From positions 6,547,102-6,611,101 of the forward strand of contig NW_002060944.1 in the NCBI RefSeq assembly GCF_000150275.1: a stretch of DNA of 64,000 nt. Direction: 5' to 3'. Shown here piece after piece: positions 31,198 to 46,700 of the stretch; position 1 is the first letter of the stretch; every line of letters starts with the position of its first letter. Origin of the DNA: Trichoplax adhaerens. Lineage: Eukaryota > Animalia > Placozoa. The translations under genes were made by a program, and so were the position numbers. Under the pieces are notes generated by a model. That model saw only the letters and a program-made list of their open reading frames with translations. It was not told the origin of the DNA and did not search any database.

Positions 31198-31210
31198 TTT
31201 ATTTAATAAA
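31198..31210. terminator. Adjacent opposite-strand poly(A) signals (TTTATT-T-AATAAA) between convergent PGS1 and dynein
   Basis: AATAAA on + at 31205-31210 and on - at 31198-31203. Context is very AT-rich, so chance occurrence is plausible. Confidence 0.3.
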
Positions 31211-31702
31211 CTAAGTAGCAATATTTGCCTATATGATATCGAGAATTTTATGTGGTATTCAAAGATGCGTGTAATGCAACGGATACCGATGCATTGCATT
31301 GCAAGTTTCGAATTCGTCAAGTTACATGAGTGATAATTTGATATCAAATCTTCCAAATAAATGTTCGTTTACCGAACTGTCATAAAATATATGCAAGCAG
31401 AAAAAGACTCAAACAACCTTAATAGCCTAGACAAAAGCATAGTAGTCTAGCTAATTATCCACTAGATTGTATTGTTGTATAAATATAATTGTATCATTGA
31501 TATACTTGTAGATTAATTAGTATATTACAGTTAGGGGAACTCAGTACAGTAGATACGAGTTGGCTATTAGGAAAATGACAAGAACGAAAAGTTGTTGTTC
31601 GAATGACTTACATGATGATTATATGCAAACATGTAATAAATCATACGCGTACATAGTATTAAATGTAGTTCGAACCAACTTCATGAGTCATGCAATTATA
31701 TT

Positions 31703-34700
31703 TTAAGTGCTCAACAGTAAAGCAACTCCTGCTAATATCCATTTCGATGAATTTTCTTTCGTCTTAAGATTAAATGTCCAGACAAATGTTGGGCCACGTT
31801 GTCGAGTTTTATATACTGGACACTCATAGATATTTCTTGTTTCTTGACGATCAACAGTAATAGCACGCAAAAATATTACTGGCATTGATGGAGTTAATTC
31901 CTTTAGTTTAGAATCTTGTATAACACCAGATTGTACATCCCAGCGGGCACCTTCCATGAATAAACCATGAATATAGGCACCTTCACGAGGCGGACTATTG
32001 AAATCTTCTTTGCTTTTCTTTGTAACATCACACTGAATACACATTTTATCAAGTGGCCATTCATTTTTCCTAGCCATAGATTGCATAATAGCGGTTAAAA
32101 ATGATTGAGGATTGAAAAAACCAGCCAACCAGACAACATTTGGTAATGCAAAATCAGTTGTCCAATTTTCCAATTCTTTAATACGCAATAACAAATTACT
32201 ATACCAAGCAGCTAATCCTGACAGTGATGGATATGCACGCTTAGTCCAGCTATCAGGTACTTTATCCAGGAAGAGTGAATTTTGTAAATTCTCCATATCA
32301 GCTGATATTGTTAATTCACCCTTTAAGCCAAGATCTAATTCTTTTAATGATCGTCGTATTTCTGATGTTAATATATTCATTCTTTCACATTCTTGGAAGG
32401 CTACAACAGTATATGGTGAACGATCTTCTATACGTGCCATCATTTCAGATACATTAAATTCTTCAGGTAACTTCTCGATAATTTCATCTAATGTTTGCTT
32501 GACTTTCTCTTCGCGTGTAGACGCTGCACCGCCACCAGCACCAGCATCGCGTGGTTGCATTTCCAAGACAGTTCGGAAAAGACTATTTGATGTTGTTGTT
32601 AAGAAACCAATTTCAGCATTTGGATGGAGACCATATAGATATGGGCTTTCAGGTGGTAACATTTCAGAAATGTACAAATGATAGCCTTTATAATCGCTAT
32701 TTGGTGGTACAGGGAAACCTGGTGCAAACTGTAATTCACCATCTAATAAGTCGGCTCTCATAAACTCTTCAAGATAGGTCTTACATAGACGTCGATCCCA
32801 ATCGTCAGTAATATGGCCACCATACATAATTTCACCGAATAAATAGCGCAAATCAGTCCATGGAACTTTAGTATTTGCTTCTAAGTAATTATACAAGACG
32901 TTGACACTGATAGTTAAGTCACCAGTATTGAATGGATATGGCCGATTCCATCCTTGTGGTCCAAATTTACGTCGTTCAGCTACAACAGCATGGAAATAAC
33001 AGAGTGCAAATAAGATTGATTTAAATTCACTCTCACGTGTACATATTTCCAGGGTATCTTGATTAAAGTTGTCCAATGCTTTGTATAAGTTGGCTTGCAT
33101 TCCAGTCGGTGGTTCATTGGTAATTTTAATCGATGCTTGCAATAGACCTTGTGGTATAATATGAGATTCTGGTGTTGGAGCAGGCTCAGCTGACATAAAG
33201 ACACGATAATTTTCATGACTTCCTTCACTATAAGTTTCAATTTTCTTCTCTAATGTTGGCAACCATTTAGCTACTAAATGGATATTTTGCAAAATAACCC
33301 AATGACCTTCACGTGCAGCTAAATCAAGACTTTGTTCAGCGACAATTTCTTGACCTTGTCCAAGTGATATATTATGCAAGGAGCCAGCACTAATAGTATA
33401 GCCTAATTTTTTACCTAATGCTTCGACATCTTTTAATGGATCAACACCAGGTGATAAGATGAAAAAGATTGGTGTTGCTGGGCTACTTTCTTCAAATGAT
33501 CTAGAGAATTCAATTTGTCTATTTTCAACATATTTATGGCCTAATTTTTCTTCCACAAAATTGCTAATAGCATAAGTCATACGATCCGGTCGCAATGCAC
33601 GTAACATGCACAACTTTTGTAATGATGATTTTGTTTTCCATTCTTGTGGGAATTTCTCCTTTTCAGGGCATTCACTTTCAACAAATTTTTTCCATCGTTT
33701 TGCAGAACCTTCGATATCACGATCTAAATTTCTAAATTCATCCATGGATGCCAATGCTTTAATACCACCCCAAGCATGATGAGATAGAAAATCGACTGGG
33801 CTGATAATATTTTGCACCACTGGGAAACGTAATAGGAAATCTAATTCATTAGCCCATATTTCTTTATTCATGAGTAATACTTGGAAGGTAACTTGAGCTG
33901 CAAAGATCAACTTATCACTTTCGAATAATCCACGACTTGTATAAGCATACACCGAGTAAGTAATAATATCGATTAAATTAGCTACTCTAACTTTAACATC
34001 GTCCGCGACTTCAGCACGATCAATGGCCTTATTAAAGACAGCATTGAATGCTTTTAATGAGAATTGATAGATAGGATTGATCTTATGTAGATCGTTGAGG
34101 ATGAAATAGAGTAATGATGCACGTGCAGCTGCTGGACGATAATGTTCACGAGCTTGATTGATTTCAATTTCAGTTGCTTTGGATTCTGTCACTTTGACTT
34201 CAATTTCTGATGCAGTTCGTTTAGTTACTTCTAAGTTCTCCACTAATGAATAATCACCTAAGAAATTGCCTTCAGCAGCTGATAAACGTGATAATAATGA
34301 ATCTTCTAATTCTTTCAAACGTATCTTGAAATCATTTTGTAATTTCGTTAAATCAGCTTTTGATTTTTCTAAATCAGGCCTTTCTTTACTGACAACTTCA
34401 GCTAGTAATTGATCTTCTAAGCCATCGCGTGTAACGGTGAAATTAATTAATGTTGCTTGTGCTTGTAATTCAGGCTTATAATGTGGATTGGCTAATTTAG
34501 TTTGTAAGATTAAGCGGAAATCTGGATGATATTCCACTTCTTTATCACCAATCTTGATAAATTTACCTTTCTTGATGGTATTTCGACCGAGTAATGGATC
34601 AAGAACAGGATCGATAATTTCATCCAGATTTTCAATCAAGACGATATCACCATTGGAGACAGCACGTTCAATAATATCTAAATAATTACGTTGTCCAAGG

Positions 34701-37700
34701 CGTACAACACGCAATTCTTCACCATAACGATTTTTAATCCATTTAATACCTTGTAATTGTGGATCAATCATTAATGGCCAGCGTTCAGCATTGGCTAAGA
34801 TGGTTGCATTCTCAGTTGACATACGATCACTTGGTAAGCCTTCATTATTCCAACCAGCAACAGTGGCATCATCGGTTAATAATGTTAGCGGATCTAAGTC
34901 TTCCGTAATTGGTATGGGCACTTTTTGCTGTTGTAGAAATGGTATCCATTTATGGCCAGTTAAATCAGCACGATAATTGCGTGTAAAGCAACCAACATAA
35001 GATATAAATGCAGCGGTTAAGAGGACATCGCCAGGCAAAGTTATTTCTTGATGTTTTAAATTAACAACCGATTCATTCCAACGTATTTTCTCCGATGATA
35101 AACCTCCAACTAAGCGATTGGCTAGTGTAATAGTTTTAGCTGTTGTATCTGCTTCTTGTTGACATTTTAATTTTTCAGAAGTAGCTTTCTCAAATTCAGC
35201 TGTTAAACGTGATAAATTATCATCTAAGATGTTAATTTTAACCTTGATATTGGCTAATTTCTCTTGTGCAGCTGCTAATTCAGCATTAGCTTGCTCTAAT
35301 GCAATACGTTTTGGCTCGACTTCACAATAAACGTTATAAAATACGACGGTATTTTTAACCCATGAGCATAAGCCACCAGCAGCTAACGATTTATTGCGTA
35401 TAAAATCAGGATTAAATTCGGGATTATTTAAGTAGGGTTGTAATGCTTTCAAGTTGGAATCATCGATATGTTCTTTATCGAAATTAATTAATGTCTCTAA
35501 GAATGTATCCACACGACTCATCATTAATTTAGCTTGTCGCCAACTTCGATCTTTTGGTATTTTATTGGGTGTTGCTAATAAGACCATAACAGCAGCAGTG
35601 ACATTTTTAACTGCTTCAGGTGGCTGACCAAATGATTTCAATTCGGTTAAATTGGCTTTATTTAATGTATTTAATGCTTCTTTTGCAGCGACTAAAGCAG
35701 GCTCTGCTTTAAGAAGATCTTCTTCACATGATTTTTGCTTTTCGGCAACTTCTTGTGCAATTAAAGCAACTTTCTTTTCTTCTTCATCAGCAATTTCTTT
35801 CTCTTTACTGACTTTTTCAGTTTCAATACCGACTTTTTGGATTAATTTATCAGCATCTTCATTTTTCTGCTTTAATTCAACTTCTTGTGATGCTAATTTG
35901 GCTTTTAAATCATCGACTTGTGATGAAGTGCTTTCTAATTTTAATAAACCATTTTCCAGACGTTCCATTTTACTGGTTAATTCTTTACTTTTTTTCTTGA
36001 GTAAATTGCGATATAGCTTAATTTGTTCCAAGAAACTTTTTGGTGTAGTATAATTATAGCGGCGTTCATTCGTCAAGTAAACTTTACTCATTTCGTTAAC
36101 ACTTGTATGGACATAGGCCATAAATTGACTAATGGAATCTTTGATATCAGTATCTAAGATGTCCACTTCATCTAAGAAGCGCTTGCTAACACGGATTAAT
36201 GCTTCTTCTGGCCATTCATGGAACCAATCGATGGAGGTACAATTGACAACAGCGGGGAATTTTCTAGCTCGGACACGTAATGTTGAACCCACTGGTGAAA
36301 AGCATAAGACTACTTTCAGATTTTGCCTTACACGATCAATAAAGAATTTCCAACAATTTTCTTTGGTATCTTGCATACCACTACCGCGTACTTCAGCGCG
36401 TAAACTACCAATAATGTTATCCACTTCATCATCAGGATAAAGCTCAGGAATTTCACCCGAGGCTAAAAGATCGTTAATTAAGACTAAAAATTGCTCATCT
36501 GGTATTTGTGCATCAGTCAAGAGGAAGACTGTACCAATATTTTTCAAGCCTGCTTTAGTACATAGACTAGCTAAATCTAACTTGAGATCAGCAATAGCAT
36601 AACCTTTTCGTAATGTAATTTGGAAGACATCTAAACTACTTATAAAGGATGCTAATCTTGCTAAACTTTGCTTACCACTACCACCAACACCAACTAAGAG
36701 TGCATTACCGCGTGGCGATTCGAGGATACGATTAATACGACAGACATGTTGCATAGCATCTTCAAATAAGACAAGATTCATAACAGCATTCATTTCGTTA
36801 TAACTATCTAATGCTTCTTCTAATATCTTATTGATAGAATGCCAATCTTGGATAGGCATATACTTGAGATCGCCAATACCACCTGAGAAATGGCTATAGA
36901 GTAATGGTCGAACTGCTAAGGGTTCTTCATCGATATCATCGAAATTTTTCCTCACCATATCCGCAACTAATCGATCGAAATATTCTAAATCTTTATCATC
37001 GACTAATTTATCACTATAGACACGATAACTTTCATGCATCCATATGCGTACTAGATCCGTTTGGACACGGATACAGTCTGGTGTTGAAAATAAGATACCT
37101 TGGAAGATATTGGATAAGTCGCGTAAATTGAAGGTATAATGAAATTTTATAGCTGTTGGTAAGAAATGGCTTGTCACTTTATGATGGAGTGAAATAGCAG
37201 CATTGACCAGATTTTGTGAAATTTTATAGATACTCGATGGGAAGGTAAAAGAATCAAGATGAGCTTGCATGATACTATTATAGATGGTATGCAATGCATC
37301 GGAGCCAGGGAAACTTAATGCAAAGACACAGAAATGGCGTTGTAAGCGTGGATTAACAGTAAAGCTACCAGCAGTTGGATTCATACAAGCAATATATTGG
37401 CAATTATGGATATCTTTCAGCAATAACTTATTGCGATCATACCAATGTTTATAATCTAAATGTTGTCGTATTAAAGTATGCGGTGAAACAGTGCCATAAG
37501 TATCAACTTCGGGCATATTTAAATCATCCACATAGTAGACCATTTTTTTCGTGCCAGGTGGGCCATAATTACGTCCAGCTTTCTTTTCTAATGGTTTCTC
37601 CAAGATACCTTGTAACATGGCTGAGGTAGTATAATGATTAAAGGGGATAAATGTCAATTGGTAATCATCACCAAGACTTTGTAGGACATTATTGACCAAG

Positions 37701-40700
37701 ACAGATTTCCCTGTGCCAGCATTACCTACGAGTAAAACTGGACGACCACGTTGCATTAATAATCGAGTAAAATGGCGAACACGAATCGTTTCAGCAGTAT
37801 GGACTAAAGCCGATTGCAATGGCAATTCAGGATCAAATTCAAATTTAGGTACTTTTTCAGCCCATGGTACAAATTTTTTCGTTTCACGATCGACTTGATA
37901 ATCAAATACCGTGGCAGCCGATGGAAATTTAATGGTTTTAAATTCACTTACCCACCATTTACTAAATTCAACACGATAATCGACCAATTGATCTTGGAAC
38001 ATAGCACCACCAAATGCCCACACAGCAGCAAATACAAAATAGATTTCATAATGTTCTTTGGGACTATCTGGAGGGACATTATCTTCCGTTAATAAAACTT
38101 CTAACAGATAGCATAGTGTTTGCACCATACTAATATCGGCCACAGGGGTAATCTTCTTGAAACGATTTCTTAATGTATCCAAACAAGTTGGAACATATTT
38201 ATCAAATAAGATGATTAAATTCGCTTTTTCCGATTGAACTTCACGTGTATCAATCCAACTTGTAACATAAGGACTCCATCCTAAATCTGTTGGATTAACA
38301 TATAAGATTCCAGCACGTGAAACGGTGGCTGGTGTTGCATATTTCAAGTGTCCAATTTCAAATAATAATCGCATAGAAGGTGTTAACGGGATTCTTTCAT
38401 TACTAGCTAATGTTAATACTTTATTATCGTCCATAACTGTATTTAACGATTCGATCCACATTGGATCAATATCACCATCTAAGACAATCCATTTGGGTCC
38501 GTCACCGGATAGATTGGCTAAATCACGCATAGAAACTGAAAATAAGCCATCTTTCCATTCCCGTGTTGCTGAATTAATACAGCCGAATAATTCATCGGTA
38601 GTGACTGCTTTCGGATTCATATCATGCCAGACTGGTTTACGCTTTTGATTTTGATAGGTTTTATGCAAAGTGCGTAAAATTTGTGTTTTTCCTGTGCCAG
38701 CAGCACCAATAACAAAAACAGAATGGCGTACAGCTAATAATTCATCTAATTGGACTACTTTCAAGATGAAACTATCTTCAGGTTGTAAATTAAGTTGTTG
38801 TGTTGATGTCTTGACGATAGCTTCTAATTCAAGATCGCGCTTACGTGGGACATCCAGAGATGGGAAGAGATCGCTAATTAAGCCAAGGAAAACCGGTAAA
38901 TCATCGGTGACAATTTTAGGTGTGTTAAAATCACGTAAAGCACGCATTAAAACTTGATCTTCAGGTCGTTGGCGATCACTACGTTTTAATGATCCAGCCA
39001 CTACTAAGACCGATTTAATAGCACGTAAACCCCAATCGTAATGATCTTGCTTAGATAATAATTCACGACATAGGGTATATAAAGTAATAAATTTACGTGC
39101 TAATAATCGTGCATCTAAGAAACCTTCTGCTACCAACATAATTTCACAAATTAATTCAAAATCAGGTACTACCATAGCACATGGACGGAATAATGCTTTC
39201 AAATTTTCTGGTAATTCAGTACGACCAGCATAGCCTGGATTCATGGTGATAAAGATGCCCACAGTAGGTGTTAAGGAGATTTCTTCACCTTGGAATACAA
39301 AGCGTTCTTTTCTATCACGGATAGCATCTTGGATCGATTTCACTTGGACTGCTACTACCGATAATACTTCAATAGAGATACGATTAAATTCATCGAAGCA
39401 ACCCCATGCACCTGTTTGCGCTAAACCTTTATAAATATTGCCTATGGATTTATAATCCATTTGCTCCGAGCAATTAAAGACATAAACCATACAACCTAAT
39501 GCACGACCAAGATCTTTGGTAGTTTCTGTTTTACCAGTACCTGCTGGCCCAGCTGGAGCGCCACTCATAGTTAAATGCAAAGATTGCGTTAATGTAATAT
39601 AGCAACGATCTGTTAATGGCGTAATGACTAGACGTGGTTGATTGCCAAGGTATTCATAGGAATAACAAAATTGGGCATCGCAAATATTAGCGAAACAATC
39701 TTTCTTATCATCATCCCAACGATGTCTTAATTGGCATAACCAAACGAAAGCTTGAGCATTTTCTACTTTTTGCTGGATTAATTTCCCGACTACATCACGA
39801 GCATGGACATCAATGGTACAAATAGTCATAATTTTTTGTCGCTCTCCTTTGGATAAATCACCTAATAACATGGTAATGAGTGAATTTAATTGAGCAATTT
39901 GTTTCTTATTATAATCTTTTAAAGCATTTTCGTAGCCTTCTTCCAAACGACTAAAGGCAATATTGACTTCTGTTGTCCACCATACTTGTGTACCAGTTAA
40001 GGCAACTTGAGCTGGATAATCAAAGATCCATTGATCACGAGCTTTCTCTTCATATGTGACAACAGCTTCAGTTAATTGATGTTTAATTGTGGAGCGCATA
40101 GTATCCAATAATCGATTTAACCATGTTTCAACTTGGCCAGTACATGAGCATGAGGTATTAAAATCGACATATTCACCATCTTTACTAAACATACCGATAG
40201 CAACTTTAGTTAATTCACCATTTTCATCTTCTTCAAATTTCAGCCTTGCAATACTGTCGAATAATTTGGATAAATGGCGTGCCACTTCCGATGGACGATT
40301 ACCATTAGAGAGAATATCCAACAAATCAGCCGATGAGACAAAGTAAAAACGTGGAAACGCTAATCGTTTCGTTTCTAAATATTCTGCTAATGCTTTCTCA
40401 CATAAGGATAATCTGCCTTGGATATCTTCTAATAGGTTGAAGAGACCAGGTTTATTGGTTGCTTCAACAACATTAGGTGTTTTTTGTGCATCAGCCATTA
40501 AATCTTTAAAATCAGCATCAATTCCATCAAAACGTTTAGAATCTTCAGGTAATTGCTTACGAATATCTTCTGTCCCAATAAAAATACTCTCTAAATGCGA
40601 CCAAGTACGTTGGACTTCAAACCAAATGGATATAACACCATCGGCTGTTGATAATTTCTTTTGCCATGATGAAACCTCTTCTAAAAAGTGTGAGATATGC

Positions 40701-43700
40701 TTGGAAGTAATTAAATTTTGCAATTGGACTTGATTATCTTCTAATGTCTCAATTAATTCTTCACTCGAACGTAATAAGGGTGTTTGTGTACGTGCATGTT
40801 GTTCATATTCAAATTCCATAGTTGACCATGTTACATCCAATTCTTTGAGGATCTTTTCCATGCTTAATTCTTTAATAGCTTTATCCACAATATTGCGAAC
40901 TTCATCTTCATATTTATGCAAATTTAAGGCTAACAAATCAGCTAATGTAGTACTATTATCCATGACAAATTTAACTTGTGTTGCAGCCATAAGTTGTTGC
41001 CAATGGCGTTCACGTATTGCTGAATTTTGCAATTCACTAACTGCACGTAAAGAGGTCATCATATTTTTCACTGTTGAACTTAAACCATTATAAGCATCCC
41101 ATGAACGAATTTCACGATCTAATTCACGTATTTCTTTAGCAAATTTCTTACAATCTGCATCCATACTTTCAACATTAATCTCCGACCAATACGTGGTTTT
41201 CCAATCATCAATATCACTCATAACCATACTAATCATATCCCATAGCGTCTTTAATAAGCGAATTTCACGTCGGCATGCTTTCAATTGCTTATAATCTGGT
41301 ACATTAACTTCAAATAAGCTTGCTGATTGAGCTAATTGATTCATTTCTTCTTCTAGTGTATGGGTTTCTAGATGAGCGGAATCTAAACGATCATAAGGAT
41401 CTTCACAATCGAAACGGAATGGAGCATAAGCTCTGAACCATTCACGGAATTCATGTTGTTTAACTTCAAATTGGCCACATTTGCGGCGTATAATGGCTAC
41501 TTCAGCTGCCTGTAATGGTGCAACACTTTGTTTAACAGTAACTGAAATCTTTTTAGTATTATTCCACTTTTCCGGTAATTCACGGAGTTGATTATGGACT
41601 TCTTCCGACATTTCTTGCTCATAAGTTTTCAATAAATCAATGGTTGCTTTCAAGGGCTCAAATAATTCATCTGTTGCTGATGTACGATCACGTACAGCTA
41701 ATAAATGGCCCATAACAGCGACAAGACCATCATAATCACCTTCTTCAATTTGAAGGGTTAATCCAGTATCGGTTGATTTAATGAAGTTCTCTAATTCAGC
41801 TAAACTGTTGGTAACATGATCAATTAAATGTTGCTTGAACATATAACTCCAACGTTTCACCGTATTTAATAAAGATTGCTTAAATGGGCGAATATCGACA
41901 CGGAACCAAGTATCAAAAATGGATGTACCGTCGACATCATCGACTTCGTTATAAATACGCTCATAGGTATCAATTTGTTCTTTAAATTGTTCTAATGTCG
42001 GTGGACATTCTGGTACACCATCTTCAGCGTGTTGTTCAATTTCTTCCGGAGTTAAGACATGATTATATAATAGGAATTGTCGCATAAATTCATGGCGATC
42101 ATCCACCCATAAGTAGGAATAAGTATCAAATGAATTGCGATACTCGCAAGCTTTATTCATGATATTTTGAATTCGATCCATTAATTCTTGTCGCATTTCT
42201 GATAATTCCAACATATCTTCTAGATCGCTTTGGTAGTGATCCATACCATTATGCTTAGCTAAGCGTGATACAAGAGATGCTTGTCGATAAACATCACTAA
42301 GTAAACTTTCAACAAGATCGTAGAAACTGTTATGTGCACCAATATCCAATGGTGGTGTAAAAATCATATCAGGAGCACTAAGATCTAATCGAGCTTCTAG
42401 TAATGGAGCTGTATTGATTTTAGGATCAGTATTGTCTAGCATATAGGATAGTGAGCAATGGATAGCATTAAAGAATCCATCTACAATCATGTCATCTAAG
42501 TAGTCGACATAAGCTCGCCAAATATCTGAATCTTCATTGGCTTCGAATAATTCATAATTTTCCTGAAATCAATATAAAAATGAAAGAAATGAATTTATTA
42601 TTGCTGGACCACCAGTTCTATTAATCCCTAAGATATATTGGATTCAGTTTTTTCATGGTAGAGCAGTAATTTCAAATAGAAATTATAATATTCGAACTGG
42701 ATAGTCTAAATGCTATTAAAGGATAGCAATGGAATAAGCTTCTAGCGTAAATTGACCGTCATGAACTAGGAATAAAGATATATATATATAGTATGTATTA
42801 CAATTTCTTCGATCGAATAATACCTTAAGAAGGTTATGCAATCGTTCTCCGGATTGCTTGATGAGATTATAGCGATTATTAAGTTGCATTTCACGATCCT
42901 AGACGTTGTAGGTAATAAAAAATATGACATATTAATTGTTTTATTTGATACATGCCCTCATATGTATGATCCAATATCAAGTAATTAATGCGCGTTTTTA
43001 TCTAATGGAATATTACCTCGACATTTAATAAGGCGTCTTTCTTGTCATCTTTCCTTTCATATAAAGGCGATACGGCCCATTTAGCCATATCTTTAGACAT
43101 AGCTTCCACGTTATCTTTAGCTTTCTGCACTCTTTTCTCTAAATCGTGAACTTTCTCCCGTGTTGATTTAATATACTCCCAAATACCTAAAAAAATACCG
43201 AGAATTGATTATCGCTGATGTCATTATTTACTGTTAATTAATTAATTAAAGCTTAAAATTTATTCATATATTATACTCGTATATAAATTAAGCAACCAAA
43301 ACAAAACTGAATTGAACTATCGACTAATAACAAAGAATATTAACAAATATCAGTAATTGCTCATGTAGATCATAAAACTACATCTAACTCTGGTAGAGAT
43401 CTGCTACCATCATACTAGCATGAAGTTTGTAAAGTTCTGTTTTGTACCTTCGCTATTCCAGTTTAATTCGGTTTCAGCCTTTAATAACTGCTCATCAATT
43501 TCTTTCAATCGATCTTCAATTAGTGGGAATTCAACTTCAAGTACAGTTTCTCGTACTTTATTGTACCACATAACGATTAAATCTAAACTGCCCAAGTACT
43601 GACGGAAAGTTTCATTTTTAGAGTAGATTTCTGCAGCACTGCCTGGTATTGTTTCTTTATCTCTCATCTCCAGGTATTTAACTTCACGTAGGACAGCTAC

Positions 43701-46700
43701 CAACTAATTAATTGGTAATTAAATAAATATATTAATTATACTGATTTCTCGCTTATTGCTTAGCTTAGATTATTTCCTGATCGAAAAGCCTAATTGGATA
43801 ACATCAAATGTTGACATTTTGATACCTGAGGGTCAAAATTGACAGCAATAAGATTTGTTGCTTCGTTGCGAACGATTAGAGAACGTTCAAGGTTATATTT
43901 GGCTTCATCGCCGACAACTTCTGACCAAGCTTCAAATTTTTTACCCTCATACCTAGTCCACATAAATCATAGTTTTAGGTATTAAGTTATAGCAGTAGTT
44001 TATATGTAAATATATGATTTTAGAGTTAGCTGGAAACTGTTAATAGTGCAATATTGAAGCCTGCTTAGTATAGAAGTTTAATAATACTTTCATAAAGTTT
44101 TATATGTTGCACGAGATTGAAATGGCCAGTTCTAACTTACTTTTGAAGTAGTTCGATCATTTCTTCGTATTTCCTGAATATTTCTTGTGCTTCTGGAGTA
44201 TCTTGAATATTTCTAAAAGGGATGGCAGTAATTTGAGCAATGATGATACAGAGGCAATAGAGATGTAGCGTAAAACATGCCTGTAAGTTACATAGGCGCC
44301 TAGTAAAACGCAATAAAGATATGCAATTCTTGCATAACTTACTGATGATCTAGTTGTTTTAAACTTGCCATAGGTACTGAAATACGGTGACGAATTTCAC
44401 GAGCCCATTGCAAATTTCCGGCTACATTTGGCATATTTTTATTTATCGGTGCTGAACCCTCTTTATTTTTCTCAGATGCAATTTGTATATCATATATTTT
44501 TTTAGCGTTATCCAGCTCCTTATTGAAAAGGGTTAGAAGAATGGCGTATTTATGCTCGAAATCAGTTTTAATAACTGGCCGATTGAGCAGAGAACCAAAG
44601 CAATTGATCAGCTACAATATGGGTAAAAAGGATATCAATTAGGAATATAGGTAAGCTACGTTAGCTCTATTATCGCAGTAGATTTAAGTTATTTTACAAG
44701 GCCAATCCTTCTGGTCTACAGTTATTTAACATTCTATAATGATCTTAGGCTATTGTGAAATAGAGTATACCTTAAAAATAGCTTCAACACCAGAGCAATC
44801 TTCAAAACCTTGGCACACGATAGAACCAAGTCGTCGATCTAAATCGTAGACTTTTCTCTTGAATGACTCGTAATCGTTAACAAAATCCTGCCATTGATAG
44901 TAGCATTAAAATAATAATTTTTAGTATAATGGCCAGATATAATCGGCTGATAACGAATTTGGAATCAGTCTACGTTTGACTTTAGCTGTTAATTTTTACA
45001 AACCTCATTATTGATATCTAATGTATCATATGTGGTATTGGTAAAAACTTGCATGTATTCAGAAAATTCATTGAATATTTGTACTACTTGTTGACTTAGA
45101 GTTTTTCCTTTAATTCCGCCAAGTTCAACTTTTTCGAGCTTATAAAAGTCTAAAGCTGTTTCCATAATTTCCTATTGTCAGTTCATAGTAAAAGTTCATT
45201 AAATTTTGATGCAATATACTCAATTTACTCATATTATAACGGGATTATCACATTAGAAATTTACAAGTTTCTCTCCCTAAAATTATAGCGTAATAAAATT
45301 ACCTGGACATGTTGTAGTCGTTCAACAAATTTTTGGTATCGAGTAAAAATCAGAGTAGGTGAGAATTCCCATTCCCGAACGTTGGTTCCAACTCCTTTAA
45401 AAAATTTGGAGATATTTGCTTTGGTTTCATCGAAGTGCTGCCTATAATAGCGGCAGATATTGATCGTTTTCGTCACGCGGCCGATAGTTTCTTCAATTTC
45501 TCCCTTAAATAGCTCAGAAGCATCCAAGAAATTGCGAGCCTAGAATAAATTTACAAGAGAAAATTATATTAGAATGATAAGCGAAGATCGGTATGATTGA
45601 TAGTATCGAAAACCTATTATAATGATAAAGTTATTTATTATTTACCAGTTCGATAATCATGTTGGATAATTCTTGTAACAATACAATAATTCTTGCAGGT
45701 GTACTGTAATATTTTGAATTGGCCCAAATTAATCCAATAGTATGGAAAAGTGGTGGAATTGATTTCTTAATAGCATCAAATTCTGTTTGTTCCAGGTCTT
45801 CTAGTAATGGCTTTAGGGGCTTTAAATGAATAGAAATATCTCTTGCCTCATTTAAACCTATTTTATGTATAAATTAATTTCATTTCAGTTTAAGTAAGTA
45901 AATTAAAGAATTTTCATCAATAGAATTACCTGTTACGACATCTTGAAATGTTTTCTTAAATGAAGGGAAATAGCTACTTTGTGTTTTCTCGAGCAATTCA
46001 GCCATTTTACGAACTTTTGGATCTCGTAGCTATCGTAGAAATTAAAATATTTCAAATTCATATCTATTTGTGTCAGGTGTACGAAATGTTTCATATAGAT
46101 TCACATTAATGACAATACCTGCTCGTAGATACATTCTAAATTTGCACATTTTGCTTTCCAAAAGACAATTTCAGTAAATGGTAAAGGATTTAAACCTTCC
46201 AACAGCGGTTGTGCAGAATCTCTTTTCAAGACATCTCGAATTTGATGCGACCATTCAATAACTGCTGATTCAATGGCATGGACTAGGCCACGGCTCCATG
46301 TTTCCTCTCTATTTATCCATAAAAATAAATTTGTATTTTTTGCTATTACCATTGGTTTTTAAATTGGTAATAATTTCAAGTTTACCACAACAATATTGAA
46401 TCAGTGTTCATAATCATAAATAAATTAATAGTAATTAAATTTAGAAATTGTTGAAATTCATTAAATGAGTTTTACTTGTCATCTGATTCTTCAATCATGC
46501 GTTCAGATCCAACTGGAAGTGGTAAAAGCGTTTTACCTTTAACTTGACCAGCAATAACATAGACATTACTCTTTAATGAATGGACATGCCTAAGTACATC
46601 TTGGGAGACAACACTTGGCCATTGTTCATGATTTTTAGAATTGGTCAAGATGGGCACAAGAACCTGTTATTATAAAGTACATATATGATGCTGTTAAGGG

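Noticed and set aside
32112-41093. Many plus-strand ORFs of 60-189 aa antisense to the dynein exon
   Set aside because: Shadow ORFs from codon bias of a long coding exon; no motifs, Ser/Phe-rich translations, many with non-ATG starts.
31703-42490. The 3595-aa ORF as a standalone gene, retrocopy or bacterial insert
   Set aside because: The frame continues to a CAG acceptor at 42562 and joins 14 in-phase upstream exons to give a full-length dynein.
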